DNA of 64,000 nt from a virus (taxonomy: Duplodnaviria > Caudoviricetes). The translations under genes were made by a program, and so were the position numbers. Location: IMG/VR virus record IMGVR_UViG_642791616_000001, positions 1-64,000 of that record. One strand, given 5' to 3'. Positions 20,395 to 30,669 of the stretch are shown here, one piece after another (the stretch's first letter is position 1; the number at the start of each line of letters is the position of its first letter). The notes beneath the pieces were generated by a model. The model was given only the letters and a program-made list of their open reading frames with translations, did not search any database and had not been told where the DNA came from.

Positions 20395-21345
20395 TTAAAG
20401 CAAGCCGTCCCATACCGTTTCAGATTTTTGTAAGTCTTGTTGTTGATCTCCTACTCCATTACCTTGCGGACGTGCTTTCTCAAGCGCTTCGACTCTTTCA
20501 ACAACTGGAGCCAATGCCTTTTCTACAGCTGCGGCCATTTCTTTTGCAACAGCTTCATCCGGTTGATTTTCTTGCGGATCAGGCTGACCTTCGCCTTCTC
20601 CTTTTTCAAGGTCTTCCAGACGCTTTACAACCGGTGCAATTGTGTCTTCTAGCATCTTTTGCAGATCTTCTTTGTTCACTTCTTCGTCCTCCTTCTCTTC
20701 CGCTTGACTCAACAGATTGTCGATAGCGGCTCTGGCATTTTTCAATTCAGTTAAGTTAGCAGCTGAAAACTTTTTACCTGCTTTTTTTATTTCTTCCGCT
20801 GGCTTCTCATTCTTCAAAAAGAAGTTTTTGAGCAAAGAAAAAAGCCCCTTCTCTTCAGAAGCTGGCTCACGCTCTTGTTTTCCTATGTCTGCTGTTCCGG
20901 CCATTGAATATCCGGTGATCTCGCCCTTTTGAATCTGTTCCCAAATTTCATCAGATGCTTTTGTCACAAGGACCCACGATCCTTTCTTGATAAACTCATC
21001 GCCCATTTCAAAGTCAGACGGAGCAATGTACGATTCAACGACTTCACCGACACCGCCTTGGAAATCATGCTGTTTGTCGATCTCACGTGCATCTTTCAGG
21101 AACCCATGAGCGGCTTTTTCAATCTCCGCCGGTGCCATGTAATCTCCATGCGCATCCGCAACGTTTGGTTCGTATACAATACCGTATACAAGACGCTGTG
21201 CATCATCAGCTTTCGCAATGACCTTGATTTTCTTTTGAAAGTCATTTTGTTTTTCCGACTTAACGAAAAAAAACTGCTTTTGATTAGCAGCCTTATCCAC
21301 GTATGAAACGTGTGTGATCTTCGCATTTATCAATTCGCGTGGCAA
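20395..21345 (-). CDS. xkdF: XkdF-like prohead protease/scaffold
   Basis: [28 protein letters not shown]. Confidence 0.88.
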   Translation of the reverse strand: MPRELINAKITHVSYVDKAANQKQFFFVKSEKQNDFQKKIKVIAKADDAQRLVYGIVYEPNVADAHGDYMAPAEIEKAAHGFLKDAREIDKQHDFQGGVGEVVESYIAPSDFEMGDEFIKKGSWVLVTKASDEIWEQIQKGEITGYSMAGTADIGKQEREPASEEKGLFSLLKNFFLKNEKPAEEIKKAGKKFSAANLTELKNARAAIDNLLSQAEEKEDEEVNKEDLQKMLEDTIAPVVKRLEDLEKGEGEGQPDPQENQPDEAVAKEMAAAVEKALAPVVERVEALEKARPQGNGVGDQQQDLQKSETVWDGLL

Positions 21346-21346
21346 T

Positions 21347-22222
21347 TCATTCACCTCCTTTCATTGTAAAGCGTCCTTTGTACTTATTTTCATATTCTTT
21401 TGAGGCTTTTTTTTCATTCCTTACTTTTTCATCACCTTCTGTGAACCTTCTTAAAAACGGCAATTTCCGAACTAACTTATTTGGGATTAAAAATTTAAAG
21501 AATTTATATAACCAAATCGATTTTTCCTCATCATTTAGGAAAATTGCTAAATTAATTATTAGAATGGGTAAAAAAAACAAAACACTAATCATAAAGCTAT
21601 CTATAACAAAATCATATATATTTTCATAGTAATAATTTTTAAGCAACTTATCCGATATAATTAAATACATCATAAAACCAGTTAAAGTGACAGAAAAGAT
21701 AATCGTGTGACTTATAAATTTATAGCATTTCAAAAACAACCTAAACCAAATATTCCCTGTTTTTTCAACGATTAAATGCCATTGCATGTCCTTATTAACA
21801 ACTCTGTGCTCCGCATAGAATACTTTTTCTATTGCATTTTTTAAATCAACGAACTTTATCATAAATTCATCTAACTTTTCACTATTTTTATTTAACAAAT
21901 AATCATAATATAGCTCTTCTAATTCAAGAAATTGTATGATGATACGCTTGTCTTTTAACTTAACAATAGAAGCGTGATCATTCGCATATTTCTCAAAAAA
22001 CGCATCTAATTCTCTTGATAGATCAGATACTTTACTTCTATTTAAAATATTCTTCATAGAAATATAAAGTGCACCACTAGAACCTGTAAGACTTTCAGCT
22101 ATAATTTTCCGATTTTTTTTAATTTCATTTCGTTGCGTCACCAATATAGATGTAAGAAATACTGTTAATATAGATCCTAGAATTACTCCATAATCTTTTA
22201 TAATACTAAGAATAAGTTGCAT
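21347..22222 (-). CDS. AT-rich membrane protein inserted in head module (moron)
   Basis: 291 aa, about three hydrophobic segments, visibly more AT-rich than flanks. Confidence 0.75.
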   Translation of the reverse strand: MQLILSIIKDYGVILGSILTVFLTSILVTQRNEIKKNRKIIAESLTGSSGALYISMKNILNRSKVSDLSRELDAFFEKYANDHASIVKLKDKRIIIQFLELEELYYDYLLNKNSEKLDEFMIKFVDLKNAIEKVFYAEHRVVNKDMQWHLIVEKTGNIWFRLFLKCYKFISHTIIFSVTLTGFMMYLIISDKLLKNYYYENIYDFVIDSFMISVLFFLPILIINLAIFLNDEEKSIWLYKFFKFLIPNKLVRKLPFLRRFTEGDEKVRNEKKASKEYENKYKGRFTMKGGE

Positions 22223-22243
22223 TTATCTCCCCCCCTTTTCTTT

Positions 22244-23176
22244 TTATACGAAAGGAGATAGGATTTGTTTCAAATTATTAATTCTTCTTATCTCTTCTTT
22301 TTCCTCTGCTGACAATCCAAGAATAACAGGATCAACCACAGGACCAACCGCACAATGACAATTTACTCGCTCTTTTGGCGTGAGCTGTGTATCTCTCGGA
22401 AACATACACCGCTCTCCGCTGCCTGGTATCTCAAATTCATCATCGAGAGGAATAATTGTGCCGTCTAGCTGCACGTGACTTTCTCTTGACTGATTCTTTT
22501 TCCCGCCGCTGTGCTTCCACTTCTTCCCTGTTACTGCCGGGGATTGGACATAGGATTCATGTTGAGCGACGGAAGAAGCGGTCAACACTTCAGTTACAGC
22601 TGTCACACGTGCGCGCTTCCGGCTGAATTCAGGAAGTTCCTTCAGCTCCAATTCAATCTCCTGGATAGACCGGCCTTCTTTTATGCCATCTTTCAAGGTT
22701 TGTTCAATAGCCTCATGAGTATTCAGCTGCATCAGCTGCGCCAACTCCTGAGACCATGATTCAATCCATTGTTCAGTTTTCTCAGAAAGAACCTTGAATG
22801 GAATATCTGCATCGATGGAATGCATGATCTTCTCAGCCAGCTGCGTGACAGTCAAAGTCAAGAATATGGCCGTTTCTTTTCCGAACAGCTCCGCAAATTC
22901 ATCAGCTGCAAACAAGTCATTTTGAAAGAACGCTAGAATTGATTCTAACGTCTCCGAATCGTTCTTGGATATAAAACCATTCAGTTCATTCAAAAACGTC
23001 CTACGTTGCAATCTGAGAAGTTTTGCGGTGGTTTTCTCATACTTTTCCACCAAAGAGGGAACGTCCTTCAGTTCAGGGAAATCTGCTACCGCTTCTTCAA
23101 TTTCCTTGACCTCATCTGCCTCTGCTTTTTGCACAAAGGTATTGATGTTTTTTATCAGCTGATCGATCTTACTCAT
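22244..23176 (-). CDS. Minor head morphogenesis protein (SPP1 gp7/MuF-like)
   Basis: RARVTAVTE, KKWKH, RESH, VNCHC motifs. Confidence 0.88.
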   Translation of the reverse strand: MSKIDQLIKNINTFVQKAEADEVKEIEEAVADFPELKDVPSLVEKYEKTTAKLLRLQRRTFLNELNGFISKNDSETLESILAFFQNDLFAADEFAELFGKETAIFLTLTVTQLAEKIMHSIDADIPFKVLSEKTEQWIESWSQELAQLMQLNTHEAIEQTLKDGIKEGRSIQEIELELKELPEFSRKRARVTAVTEVLTASSVAQHESYVQSPAVTGKKWKHSGGKKNQSRESHVQLDGTIIPLDDEFEIPGSGERCMFPRDTQLTPKERVNCHCAVGPVVDPVILGLSAEEKEEIRRINNLKQILSPFV

Positions 23177-24703
23177 TTACGTATCTCCTCTAGTTCATCC
23201 CTAAGGTCTTTGAGGATCGATACCAATTCATTCTGAGAATCTGCTGACTTCTGAAACACCGTATCAAGCAAGCTATTTGATACCTTTGGCTTCGCTTCAA
23301 TTGGTCGGTGATATTCTTCCTCTGGCCATTCTTCTAATGTTTTCCCAAGAATACGCCCAGCCAGATCACGCAGGTCATTCGGTGAAAACCGCTCCTGCTT
23401 GAATAAACGGTGTAAGAACCTTTGCAATTTCGAGCGGATCACGAAAGTCAGGACCATTTAATATGAGTCGCACATGCCAGAGATCGAGATCAGGAAGAAA
23501 GAGTGTATTGAGCTTGCCAGTGATGATCATTCGCTCTGGCTGAAATACCTGTTCCTCAGTTGTCTTACGAGCGGTGTCAGCTGTCGCCTTGTTATAATCC
23601 TGTGATTCGCCAGTGTAGATCGGCGGCAGACGAAAAGAAGAACGTATCTTGTTTCTCGTCTTCTCATCGTATTCAAGAAACAGCGCATCCTCCTGGAGAA
23701 TCTCGGCCAGTGATTTTATTTCAACTTTAACAGGTGCTGGGTCTTCGTCATTGCTTACTTCGTCCTTTTTCTTTTTCGGAATCCCTTCGACTTCAAGCAA
23801 AAGAAACTTATGTGCATTGTCTGAACCCTCTATACCGTTCATGTAGTCCTGCAGCTGTTCGTATGATGCTTCAGATAGCATTCCATTTTCCACTGTAATA
23901 GCTGCTGGCACATGACGACCTTGTTTAAAGTACAGATAGTTCAGCTCTTCAGCTTTGCGCGCTCCATACATATTGACGATGTTACCAATCCAACGAGGAA
24001 CACCATATGTACCGCTGCCGATCTTGAAATGAATGACTTCGCTTGCTACAAGATTAGAAGGAGTTTCATCACTATATTCTCCTGTAGCAGAGTTCATTGT
24101 TCTTGGATCGCCGTACTCTTTGAAGAATACTTTTTTAGTATTGATCTTCTGAACATACTTCCTGAATCTCTTCTTTCGCTTCAATGACTTCACTTTGCCA
24201 TGATCTGTATACTTGAAATCGACCTCAACGGGATCGCCTATCTTACATATTCGCATGTGCTGAGCATCTAAGTATTCGATTCCTGCTGGTTGCCCTGTAC
24301 CATTACGCAACACTTCAAGAAAGCCATTCCCTGTCCGCTCCCGATCTTCTATCACATACCCTAGAACCACTTCGGCTGATTCATCATAGTTCATGTATCG
24401 CACAAGCTCCTCAAGCCTCGTCCATTCTTTTTCAGCAGCGGCTTTCTTTCCTTCTGGCGCATTCTCGGCATTGAAGTCAAAAACGTATTCAATTCCCAAG
24501 CCGAAACCTAGAATATTGGTCTTATACGCATCAATGCATTGCTGAAGAATGGTAGAATACTCGGCTATTTGTTTGAGCTCTTTGATATTGTATGGCGGTT
24601 CGATCAATCCATCAGTCTCATAGTTAAAATTATCATCATGAATTTGTTTCGTAGTTTGAGAGATGTCTGCTTTAAACACAGTAGCTTTCACCTGTTTTGT
24701 CAT
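23173..24703 (-). pseudogene. Portal protein (XkdE/YqbA-like) split by a 1-nt frameshift at 23385-23388
   Basis: 442-aa ORF ends AGAVFTE*; the other frame continues SPNDLRDLAGRILGK...EEIRK. Confidence 0.8.
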
Positions 24704-26016
24704 AGCCTTCTCATCGACCTCCTTTCTCTATTAGGGCGTTTCCGCTCTTTAGGCTGCTCTTTCAGATCCGTTACCTCATAGTCATCTAACGCATACCAGA
24801 TGGCTGAAAAGGTATGAGGATCAATCTTAAACTCGTCCTCTATGATATTGCCGTGCTTGTCCGTCTTGTACGTGAGCGGCTGAAGCTCATAGATCGTGTT
24901 TTTGCACGAGTCGGAGCAAATAATTTTCTTAAATCGCTTGATCTTCTTGGTGTACTGCAAGCGTGATCCTTGGAACTTATGAGCGGCCACCATGTTGTAT
25001 CCCATCTTGCGGAAATATGCGATTGTCTTCTGTTCATTATCAGCCTTGATCAGCTCTTTTGTTTCGACAAACTCTTTCAAATCCTCAACCGTGACATCAT
25101 CAGTCTTGCCACGATCGTAATACTCCCAATAGATATATAGATACTTCTTCTCGTGATCTACAGCCAACCTTACAACAGCGTTATATGAATCAACGAAACC
25201 AAAGTCCATGCCTGCTCTAAGCAACGGGCGATTGATATTTGAGATGGCCATCATCACATCTTCATGCGGCTGCACCTTGAATTGTGGCAACACACGAATT
25301 CCGTTAATGCCAAAATGACCTTTTCTGGCTATGCGATAAAGGTCTGGATCGTATTCTTTTAGTTCGTCTAGCTGTTTAATGTAGCTGACTGGAAGGAAAA
25401 GATTATCTTCAGCAGTAGAATGATGATAGTACGTATCGTTGATAGCGATCGTTCGCTCTTTGTATAATCTTTCATCATCCAGGATGAAGCGGTTGTTTTG
25501 ATCGTCCTTAAAGAAGTGACGGTATGTCCAGTTATCCTGGCCGACAGGGTTCGTTGATAAGATCATGTGCAAATCCAAAGTCGGATGACGCAAACGACCA
25601 AGCAGCTCCTTGAATCCCTCGTACTTAACCTCGGAACATTCCTCAATCCATATGATCGATATGTTGTTGATCGATTTCAGCTTGGCTGGCTTGTCCAATC
25701 CTTTGAAAATGATCCGACTGCCGTTGTGAAATTTAAGCATGAGCGGTGATGTCCGGCACTGAATAACATGATCGAGTCCTAGATCATTCACGATCTCTTC
25801 AAACAGCGAAAATGTTGAATCCCTGTGCGTGTCATAGACTTCACGAATCACAAGAGCGGTTCGCTTTTCATCTAGCAACTTCAGAATGAGTTTCAAGGCA
25901 ATGTGATAGCTCTTAGATGAACCGTAACCACCCACTAGGAACTGAAACTTCTGATCCCAGTCAAAGAGAAAATCTTCAAAGTGTGGATTGACTTCCTTCT
26001 CCATCATTTGAACCAT
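24700..26016 (-). CDS. xtmB: Terminase large subunit, PBSX family
   Basis: VGGYGSSKS Walker A, WIEE Walker B, GMDFG nuclease motif. Confidence 0.93.
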   Translation of the reverse strand: MVQMMEKEVNPHFEDFLFDWDQKFQFLVGGYGSSKSYHIALKLILKLLDEKRTALVIREVYDTHRDSTFSLFEEIVNDLGLDHVIQCRTSPLMLKFHNGSRIIFKGLDKPAKLKSINNISIIWIEECSEVKYEGFKELLGRLRHPTLDLHMILSTNPVGQDNWTYRHFFKDDQNNRFILDDERLYKERTIAINDTYYHHSTAEDNLFLPVSYIKQLDELKEYDPDLYRIARKGHFGINGIRVLPQFKVQPHEDVMMAISNINRPLLRAGMDFGFVDSYNAVVRLAVDHEKKYLYIYWEYYDRGKTDDVTVEDLKEFVETKELIKADNEQKTIAYFRKMGYNMVAAHKFQGSRLQYTKKIKRFKKIICSDSCKNTIYELQPLTYKTDKHGNIIEDEFKIDPHTFSAIWYALDDYEVTDLKEQPKERKRPNRERRSMRRL

Positions 26017-26900
26017 CAGCCATCACCTTTATTCTTCCGCTTAATTGTTATTTGTACAGAATCATCAACAGGACGTGCGGTGATCCGCTCCAGCTCTGCT
26101 TCTCTCGTTCGGTTTGCAAGATCAAGGCCACGAAGCCTCAATTCATATTCAGACATAGTTTTCATTATGTCGACTTTCTGCCTAATGGCTTTATCACGTT
26201 GTGCGGTCACACGTGTCAGAGCGTCTTCAATGCTCAATATCTTCTCTAGTTGCGGTGAGTCTGTCTCTTCGATCTGGACCACTGCTAGACGTTCATTAGT
26301 TATAGGAACAGGTTTAATCAGACCATTTTTATCCGGAGCCTGTACAACGTCTTTCATCTTCCTCATTTGCTGCAAGACTGTCCGCTGCTTATCAGTCAAT
26401 CCATTCTCATATTTAGTGATCAAGCGCATCATTCTTGTTTCACGAACGCTCAATAATCGTATTGATAGATCAATTTGATACAAAGGATCAGTCTCAATCT
26501 CAGTAAAAAGCTTCTGTTCTTTTTCATCCATGTACTCAAACATGATCGTTTCATATTCACCGGTCTTGAATGAATTCTTGTTGCCTTTTGGAGCTGCGCC
26601 ACCCCTATTGCCTTTAGCATTTTGATTACCAGGTGGCGCTTTACCTCCTTTATTACCTCTGGCGTTTTTACTCCCTTTCGGAGCGCCAGGACGTTTAGTA
26701 ACGTTACCATTGGTTTTCTCTTTTGGTTTAGTAACGTTACCATTCAATTTCTCATCCCAAGAGTCTTGGTTCTTCCATTTGCGGATAAGCGTTTGAGAAC
26801 ACTCTAATTCTTCAGCAATGTCTTTCAGCAAGCGGGTTCCATTGCTTTTCTTCCACAACTGGAATGCCTGATCTCTTTTAGGATTTCTCGGTCTAGCCAT
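26016..26900 (-). CDS. xtmA: Terminase small subunit
   Basis: N-terminal HTH (LKDIAEEL...IRKWK), GAPKGNKN repeats. Confidence 0.88.
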   Translation of the reverse strand: MARPRNPKRDQAFQLWKKSNGTRLLKDIAEELECSQTLIRKWKNQDSWDEKLNGNVTKPKEKTNGNVTKRPGAPKGSKNARGNKGGKAPPGNQNAKGNRGGAAPKGNKNSFKTGEYETIMFEYMDEKEQKLFTEIETDPLYQIDLSIRLLSVRETRMMRLITKYENGLTDKQRTVLQQMRKMKDVVQAPDKNGLIKPVPITNERLAVVQIEETDSPQLEKILSIEDALTRVTAQRDKAIRQKVDIMKTMSEYELRLRGLDLANRTREAELERITARPVDDSVQITIKRKNKGDG

Positions 26901-27034
26901 TACATATCACCCACCTCCGAGCTGCTGAATTAAGTTTGAGTTTGTTTTTAAAAATGAGTATTTATTCCCGTTCCAACTAGGAGACTGTCCTTCATATAAA
27001 TAACAGCAACACATCTAAAAGGAGATTGATTTAA

Positions 27035-27346
27035 GTGTATTATTATCAACCGTATCAGTATGTTCCAGCTCAATATGATTATAGTTACTATGTTCCTTCA
27101 CCATCACAACAAAGCGATTTTAGGGACTTATCAATGTACGTAGGTCAATGGGTCACAGCAACCGTAAGTGGCATTATACAGAACCCTACAAGAATATTTA
27201 TTCACAACTCATTCCTTGATAGTCAAAACCGTGAAAATGTTACCTTTATATACGCACGAACTGAGAACGGCAGATGTGTTGCCAGATCAATCACAGTTCT
27301 AGGTGATAGAATAACCGTCGAGTTTGGTTTTTCTCCACAAAGATAA
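27035..27346 (+). CDS. Tyr/Gln-rich hypothetical protein, opposite strand (moron)
   Basis: AAGGAG RBS + GTG; MYYYQPYQYVPAQYDYSYY N-terminus. Confidence 0.65.
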   Translation: MYYYQPYQYVPAQYDYSYYVPSPSQQSDFRDLSMYVGQWVTATVSGIIQNPTRIFIHNSFLDSQNRENVTFIYARTENGRCVARSITVLGDRITVEFGFSPQR

Positions 27347-27592
27347 CTAAAATTCATGTTTCTGAAGCTCAATGTCGAGTTCTATGAGTTTCTTCAGATC
27401 TTCCACAGTAGACACTTTGATGTTTCCCGCTTTAAAATCTCTTACCCATTGAGAGATGCAAGCTTGAGCGATTTTACGATAATTTTCTTTTGATTTATCA
27501 ATACCTTCAGCCTGTTCAGCTTGAAGGATCATAAGCATTTCTTTCTTTTCTTCGTCAGAAAGGGAACGTGTGTTTGTATTCTCTATTGTCAT
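27347..27592 (-). CDS. Hypothetical phage protein (81 aa)
   Basis: GGAGG/GGGAG RBS. Confidence 0.7.
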   Translation of the reverse strand: MTIENTNTRSLSDEEKKEMLMILQAEQAEGIDKSKENYRKIAQACISQWVRDFKAGNIKVSTVEDLKKLIELDIELQKHEF

Positions 27593-27730
27593 TCTCCCTG
27601 ACCTCCATTACAATAGTGGATGAGAGCGTGATATTTTCCCACAAACGCGGCCGCGTCTTGATCACGCTCTTAGGCAGGGAGGTTCTTTCTGTCTTTGAAG
27701 GGAGGGTGTTGTCAGCACCCTCTTTTTTTA
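27586..27730 (+). ncRNA. Putative ~110-nt antisense sRNA with own promoter
   Basis: TTGTCA-N17-TACAAT (27586-27614); hairpin AGAGCGTGAT/ATCACGCTCT; terminator GGGAGGGTGT/GCACCCTC + T-run. Confidence 0.6.
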
Positions 27731-27731
27731 T

Positions 27732-29009
27732 TTATAAAGAAGAAACCAACTCAGGTTCAATTCCAGTAAATTCAGTGAATCTCTTTTTAATTACATCGCA
27801 GAAATAAGGATCAAGCTCCAAAAGAAGGGCTTCTCTATCCGTTTGCTCACACGTCATTAGAGTTGAACCGCTTCCCCCAAAGAAATCTACTACTCTATCA
27901 CCTTTTTTACTGCTATTACTCAGAGGAATATTAATAAGATCAAGCGGCTTCTGTGTAGGATGAACATATTTTGTAGTATCACCGCGGGAAACTTCCCAAA
28001 TTGTTGCTGGTTCTCCTTCTTCAGAGGTATCAGCTCTCCACACAGTAACTTGTTTTCTATCTCCATACCAATTAGGTGAATAGCCTTTTTTGAATGCATA
28101 GAAAACTGGTTCGTGCATGTATTTATATTGCGCCCATCCGAATGTTGGTGAGTTTTTCACCCAGATACACTGCGATCTTATATCAATATCTGCATGCCGC
28201 ATCTCATTCTCAAAAGCGCGTTGATATGAAGCTGCATGAAAAACATATATAGCTGCCTTTTCGTTCATGACTCTTGAATAATTGAGGAACACTTCTCTTA
28301 AAAATAAATCAAACTGACCATCATCCATAGAATCGTTTAAAATCGATGCATGGCCATCATCATTTAACTTTTTGCTATCACTTTTGACCGCTACATTATA
28401 AGGTGGATCAGTTATGACTAGATCTGCTTTATGGCCAGACATCAATCGGTCAACATCCTCTATCTTTGTTGCGTCTCCACACACTAGGGTATGCCGGCCA
28501 AGCCGCCATACATCCCCATACTTTGTTTCAGGTTCTTTGATATTGTCTAGTGCCTCTTGCACATCGAAATTATCTTCCTCAACAACCACGATCTCATTTT
28601 CAATAGAAACACTGTCTAATAGTTCTTCATATTCTTCTTCAGTAAATCCGATGGTTTGTAGATCAAGATCGTTGTCCTTTAATTCTGTTAGAAGTTTTTC
28701 AAGTTTAGTTTCATCCCAATGGCCACTGATTTTGTTTAATGCTACGTTCAGAGCCTTTTCATCCTGGTCATTTAAAGAAACCACTGATACCAGAATTTCA
28801 GTTGGTCTATCTTCCATTATTATTTTGAAACGTTGATGGCCTCCAACAAGATGGCCAGTTCTTTCGTTCCAAACTAACGGATCAACGTATCCAAATTTCT
28901 TCATGGAATTTTTAAGAGCATCGTACTCAGGATCTCCTGGCTGCAGATCAATTCGGGGGTTATATGGTGCAGGGTTAATTTTATGTACGGGGATTGTTTT
29001 GATATTCAT
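27732..29009 (-). CDS. ParB-like domain + DNA N6/N4-methyltransferase
   Basis: PAPYNPR...GGHQR ParB/Srx motif; TDPPYN, HPTQKP, DFFGGSGS. Confidence 0.9.
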   Translation of the reverse strand: MNIKTIPVHKINPAPYNPRIDLQPGDPEYDALKNSMKKFGYVDPLVWNERTGHLVGGHQRFKIIMEDRPTEILVSVVSLNDQDEKALNVALNKISGHWDETKLEKLLTELKDNDLDLQTIGFTEEEYEELLDSVSIENEIVVVEEDNFDVQEALDNIKEPETKYGDVWRLGRHTLVCGDATKIEDVDRLMSGHKADLVITDPPYNVAVKSDSKKLNDDGHASILNDSMDDGQFDLFLREVFLNYSRVMNEKAAIYVFHAASYQRAFENEMRHADIDIRSQCIWVKNSPTFGWAQYKYMHEPVFYAFKKGYSPNWYGDRKQVTVWRADTSEEGEPATIWEVSRGDTTKYVHPTQKPLDLINIPLSNSSKKGDRVVDFFGGSGSTLMTCEQTDREALLLELDPYFCDVIKKRFTEFTGIEPELVSSL

Positions 29010-29061
29010 GATGTATCTCCTCCAATTAAAAAAACACCTTATATCCTAAGGTGTCCGGTAC

Positions 29062-29526
29062 TTATTTAAAACTTCTATTTGGAATTTCATCTAAACATTC
29101 TTGTAGTAATCGTTTATATCTAATCAATAATTTGTACTCTTTTCTATCAACAAAGGATTGCATGCGCCAAATTCCCAAAGTTAAAAAAGCAACATACAAG
29201 ATCGTAAATGTAGGCGCATGTACACCTAATTTTTTAACCATTGTAATACCATGATTCAACATGCTTCCAAATAAAAAAGACATGATTGCAAAAAGAGCTG
29301 TAATGTAATGCTTATTAGATTTCTTATTCTCTATAATATCTTCAGTCCTACCCAAAAGCATTTGAATCTCTTTTCTATTATGCTGCTTTTTTATTTTCTC
29401 TTTAAATGCTGTTTGTTGATTAATAGTTGCTTTATGCATCTTTTTCCCAAATTGTTTCAAATAAATTTCGATGTATTTACTCTGTTCAAATGATGTAAAT
29501 TCGTTGGTTTCGTTAATTTCATTCAT
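29062..29526 (-). CDS. Hypothetical membrane protein (2 TM), moron with own terminator
   Basis: GGAGGTGA RBS; hairpin + T-run at 29028-29056. Confidence 0.7.
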   Translation of the reverse strand: MNEINETNEFTSFEQSKYIEIYLKQFGKKMHKATINQQTAFKEKIKKQHNRKEIQMLLGRTEDIIENKKSNKHYITALFAIMSFLFGSMLNHGITMVKKLGVHAPTFTILYVAFLTLGIWRMQSFVDRKEYKLLIRYKRLLQECLDEIPNRSFK

Positions 29527-29593
29527 AAGAAATCACCTCCTAAACATATATCGGAGGTGATTTGGGAATTTTCAGGCGTTCAGTGAATTGGTT

Positions 29594-29947
29594 CTATTTA
29601 ACGTAAAATTCGCTAGTATAGAATGTTCCAAGGGTTGCAACATGATTGCCCTTTTTGTCGTAGCGTTCTACGTCCACTCTGAATCGATAAGTGCCTTTCT
29701 TGTTACCAAATGACTCTTTGATGTTAAATTCATCATATAGCTTTTCGCCTGGGTTAAGCGGGTTCGGGGAATTTGTTTTAATTGTCTCCCACTTGCCATT
29801 AACCTTTCTTTGTGGAATAAGGTTGGGACCAGCACTAAAGTCGTTGTGGTTTTGTACCGCAATTCGTACAACCTTATCCTCTCCGATTTTGTGATTTGCT
29901 TTTGTTGGATTCGCAGATACGCCAAATCCTGATGCCATGCTCATCAT
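29594..29947 (-). CDS. Ig-like beta-sandwich protein without signal peptide
   Basis: QRKVNGKWETI, GTYRFRVDV, YTSEFYVK; resembles 32508-32918. Confidence 0.6.
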   Translation of the reverse strand: MMSMASGFGVSANPTKANHKIGEDKVVRIAVQNHNDFSAGPNLIPQRKVNGKWETIKTNSPNPLNPGEKLYDEFNIKESFGNKKGTYRFRVDVERYDKKGNHVATLGTFYTSEFYVK

Positions 29948-30028
29948 CTCCCTTTTTATATTTTTGCGCTCCTATCCCTCACCAAAGCACCTGCAGCCAT
30001 ACACCCAAAAGACGACTGTTCCCAAAAT

Positions 30029-30205
30029 TCATCGTTTTCTTCGGATACGGCCGCCTTGTCTTTGATACGTTTCGCGTCTCGTTCCCATGATTTCTTCCCA
30101 ATCCCTATTCGTAATGGGATCAGCATCGTTCTCCTTCTTAGAACCAGGAGCAATGCTTTTAAATTGCTTTAATGTCTCTTTAGAAACAGAATCCCTGATC
30201 TTCAT
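30029..30205 (-). CDS. Small hypothetical phage protein (58 aa)
   Basis: AAGGAG RBS; MKIRDSVS...DWEEIMG...GGRIRRKR. Confidence 0.6.
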   Translation of the reverse strand: MKIRDSVSKETLKQFKSIAPGSKKENDADPITNRDWEEIMGTRRETYQRQGGRIRRKR

Positions 30206-30239
30206 TTCACTCGCTCCTTGCCGAATTAGCACCACCTTA

Positions 30240-30560
30240 CGCTATTCGCTTAAATAGATTTTTGAATGATGACTACACTCCGAGAGGATGCCAAGTACAG
30301 CCATTCATCAAGTAAAATGAAAAACTGTCCTCGATACGGCTGCCGCAGACCAGCTGCTATCCAGGCTCAGAATGTCCCTCTCGTATGGCCACATTCCTCA
30401 TCACCTTTATTCCGTATCCAGATACGCCATTGATAAGGGAAAGGCGCGTCTCCCAATAAAAAAGCGGACACCAATCAAGGCACTTAGAGTGCTCAATGAT
30501 CAGTGTCCGCAGGTTCTTCCTTCTGGACAAAATATTCACGTTTGTTTTGCTTGTCTCTAT
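30240..30560 (-). ncRNA. Structured late-operon leader with terminator and kink-turn
   Basis: Terminator GCGGACAC/GTGTCCGC+T6 (~30457-30511); outer stem 30333-30339/30412-30418; K-turn 30363-30406. Confidence 0.5.
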
Positions 30561-30625
30561 CATACGATGATCCACTTAGAAAAAAAGGTCCCCTTTTTAT
30601 CCCCCTTTTTGTCGGCTTTTTCTTA
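30560..30625 (-). promoter_or_regulatory. Putative ArpU-activated late promoter
   Basis: Direct repeats AAAAAGGGG (ccgacaaaaagggggataaaaaggggacc on minus) upstream of -10 TATGAT. Confidence 0.55.
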
Positions 30626-30669
30626 TTTATATAAAAAAACATCCTTAACAAGGATGTTTCGTCTCTAGT

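Noticed and set aside
22244-23176. MuF polymorphic toxin with downstream immunity gene
   Set aside because: The MuF-like protein ends about 35 aa after NCHC with no toxin domain
26575-26745. GAPKGNKN and NGNVTK repeats in the small terminase
   Set aside because: Common low-complexity linker of this family
30215-30445. SAM-I riboswitch (TTATC...GGTGCTAATTC look-alikes) or hammerhead ribozyme
   Set aside because: Core SAM-I elements (GAGGGA, GCAACC) and the hammerhead CUGAUGA...GAAA arrangement are absent
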